Source: an uncultured Muribaculaceae bacterium (GTDB taxonomy: Bacteria; Bacteroidota; Bacteroidia; Bacteroidales; Muribaculaceae). From it: DNA of 37,404 nucleotides. Below, piece by piece: positions 36,600-37,404 of this stretch (within the stretch, counting starts at the first letter, position 1; every line of letters begins with the position of its first letter). The notes beneath the pieces are model-generated. The model saw nothing but the letters and a program-made list of their open reading frames with translations. It was not told the origin of the DNA and made no database searches. Location: the NCBI GenBank assembly GCA_947177215.1, contig CAMWTV010000001.1, positions 1 to 37,404 of the forward strand, in the 5' to 3' direction. The translations under genes were made by a program, and so were the position numbers.

Positions 36600-37404
36600 T
36601 CACCCCTTCTGCGAAGCGGTGAACTCCTTCGGTATTACCCCGAATTTCGCCTTGAAACATTTCGCGAAATACGACGACGACGTGAACCCGGCCATCATCG
36701 CCACCTCCGTCACCCTGACACCCTCTTTCAGAAGCCGGGCCGAATAGTCCAGACGGAAATTCTTCAGATAATCCACCGGAGTCATCCCCGTCACAGCCTT
36801 CAGCTTGCGGTAGAAGCTCGAACGGCTCATGTTCATCTGACGGGCCATAACATCGATCGAGAACTCCTCGTCGCTTATGTTCTCGCGCACATAGTCGTTC
36901 AGCGTCGACATGAACTCGGCGTCCAGACGGTTCATGTAAGGCGCCTCGGTAACCGGCTCGTCGGCCGCGATCTCTCCCGCCGACATCCGGGTATAGAACA
37001 GCTCCCTGGTATGCAGCATATTAGCCACCTGAAGCACAAGCTGTCTGATCGTAAACGGCTTCTCGATATATACATCGGCGCCTACCTCCATACCCTCCTC
37101 CTTCGCCTCGCGGTCGGTCTTGGCGGTCAGGATTATAAACGGAATGTGCGAGAACCTCATATCCGATTTCACTCGGCGGCACAGTTCCGCGCCGTTCATC
37201 ATCGGCATCATGAAATCGCTGATAATCACATCTATGTCGCCGCGCTGCTCAAGCACGTCAAGCGCCTCGGTGCCGTCCTCGGCCGTCACAACGCTGTATT
37301 TCTTGCCCAGAGCGCCGGCCACGGTGGTCAGCAGCTCCTTGTTGTCGTCTACAAGCAGAATAGTCACATTCCCGCCGCTCTCCGACACACGGGCCTCCTC
37401 CGGC
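36600..37404 (-). CDS. Hybrid two-component system regulator, C-terminal receiver + AraC HTH (partial)
   Basis: LLVDDN, ISDFMMP, LTAK, YIEKPF receiver motifs; MSRSSFYRKLK...GFTSSSYFAKCFK AraC HTH; frame stays open to the window end. Confidence 0.9.
   Translation of the reverse strand, partial: PEEARVSESGGNVTILLVDDNKELLTTVAGALGKKYSVVTAEDGTEALDVLEQRGDIDVIISDFMMPMMNGAELCRRVKSDMRFSHIPFIILTAKTDREAKEEGMEVGADVYIEKPFTIRQLVLQVANMLHTRELFYTRMSAGEIAADEPVTEAPYMNRLDAEFMSTLNDYVRENISDEEFSIDVMARQMNMSRSSFYRKLKAVTGMTPVDYLKNFRLDYSARLLKEGVRVTEVAMMAGFTSSSYFAKCFKAKFGVIPKEFTASQKG

Overview
Chromosomal window from a Bacteroidales bacterium, probably Muribaculaceae (inferred from gene content, TAnnTTTG promoters and T9SS-type C-terminal tails). 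The left part (1-15.9 kb) is housekeeping. It holds a partial tRNA-Ser(GCT), an alpha/beta hydrolase, a HAD phosphatase and korAB. An rlmN-DUF1573-DUF1573-WYL operon diverges from polA-meaB-glgB-TIGR02757-SemiSWEET. The right part (16-37.4 kb) is one polysaccharide utilisation locus (PUL): two GH76, DUF4973, SusD, SusC, an IPT/TIG lipoprotein, a 'glutaminase A'-like (alpha/alpha)6 protein, a GH43-like lipoprotein, a GH78 and the C-terminal part of a hybrid two-component regulator. Best observations: (1) two copies of an unannotated ~93-109 bp element with ~23-bp terminal inverted repeats, TA ends and a length-variable internal hairpin (MITE or structured RNA); (2) a perfect 31-bp-arm palindrome containing direct repeats 21 bp apart, upstream of the PUL core; (3) a GH43 that has lost both catalytic aspartates; (4) a GH76 domain nested inside a split F5/8 (CBM32-like) domain; (5) three PUL hydrolases with T9SS-like tails; (6) a Pol I with degenerate proofreading motifs. 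All calls come from reading motifs by eye; no searches were run.
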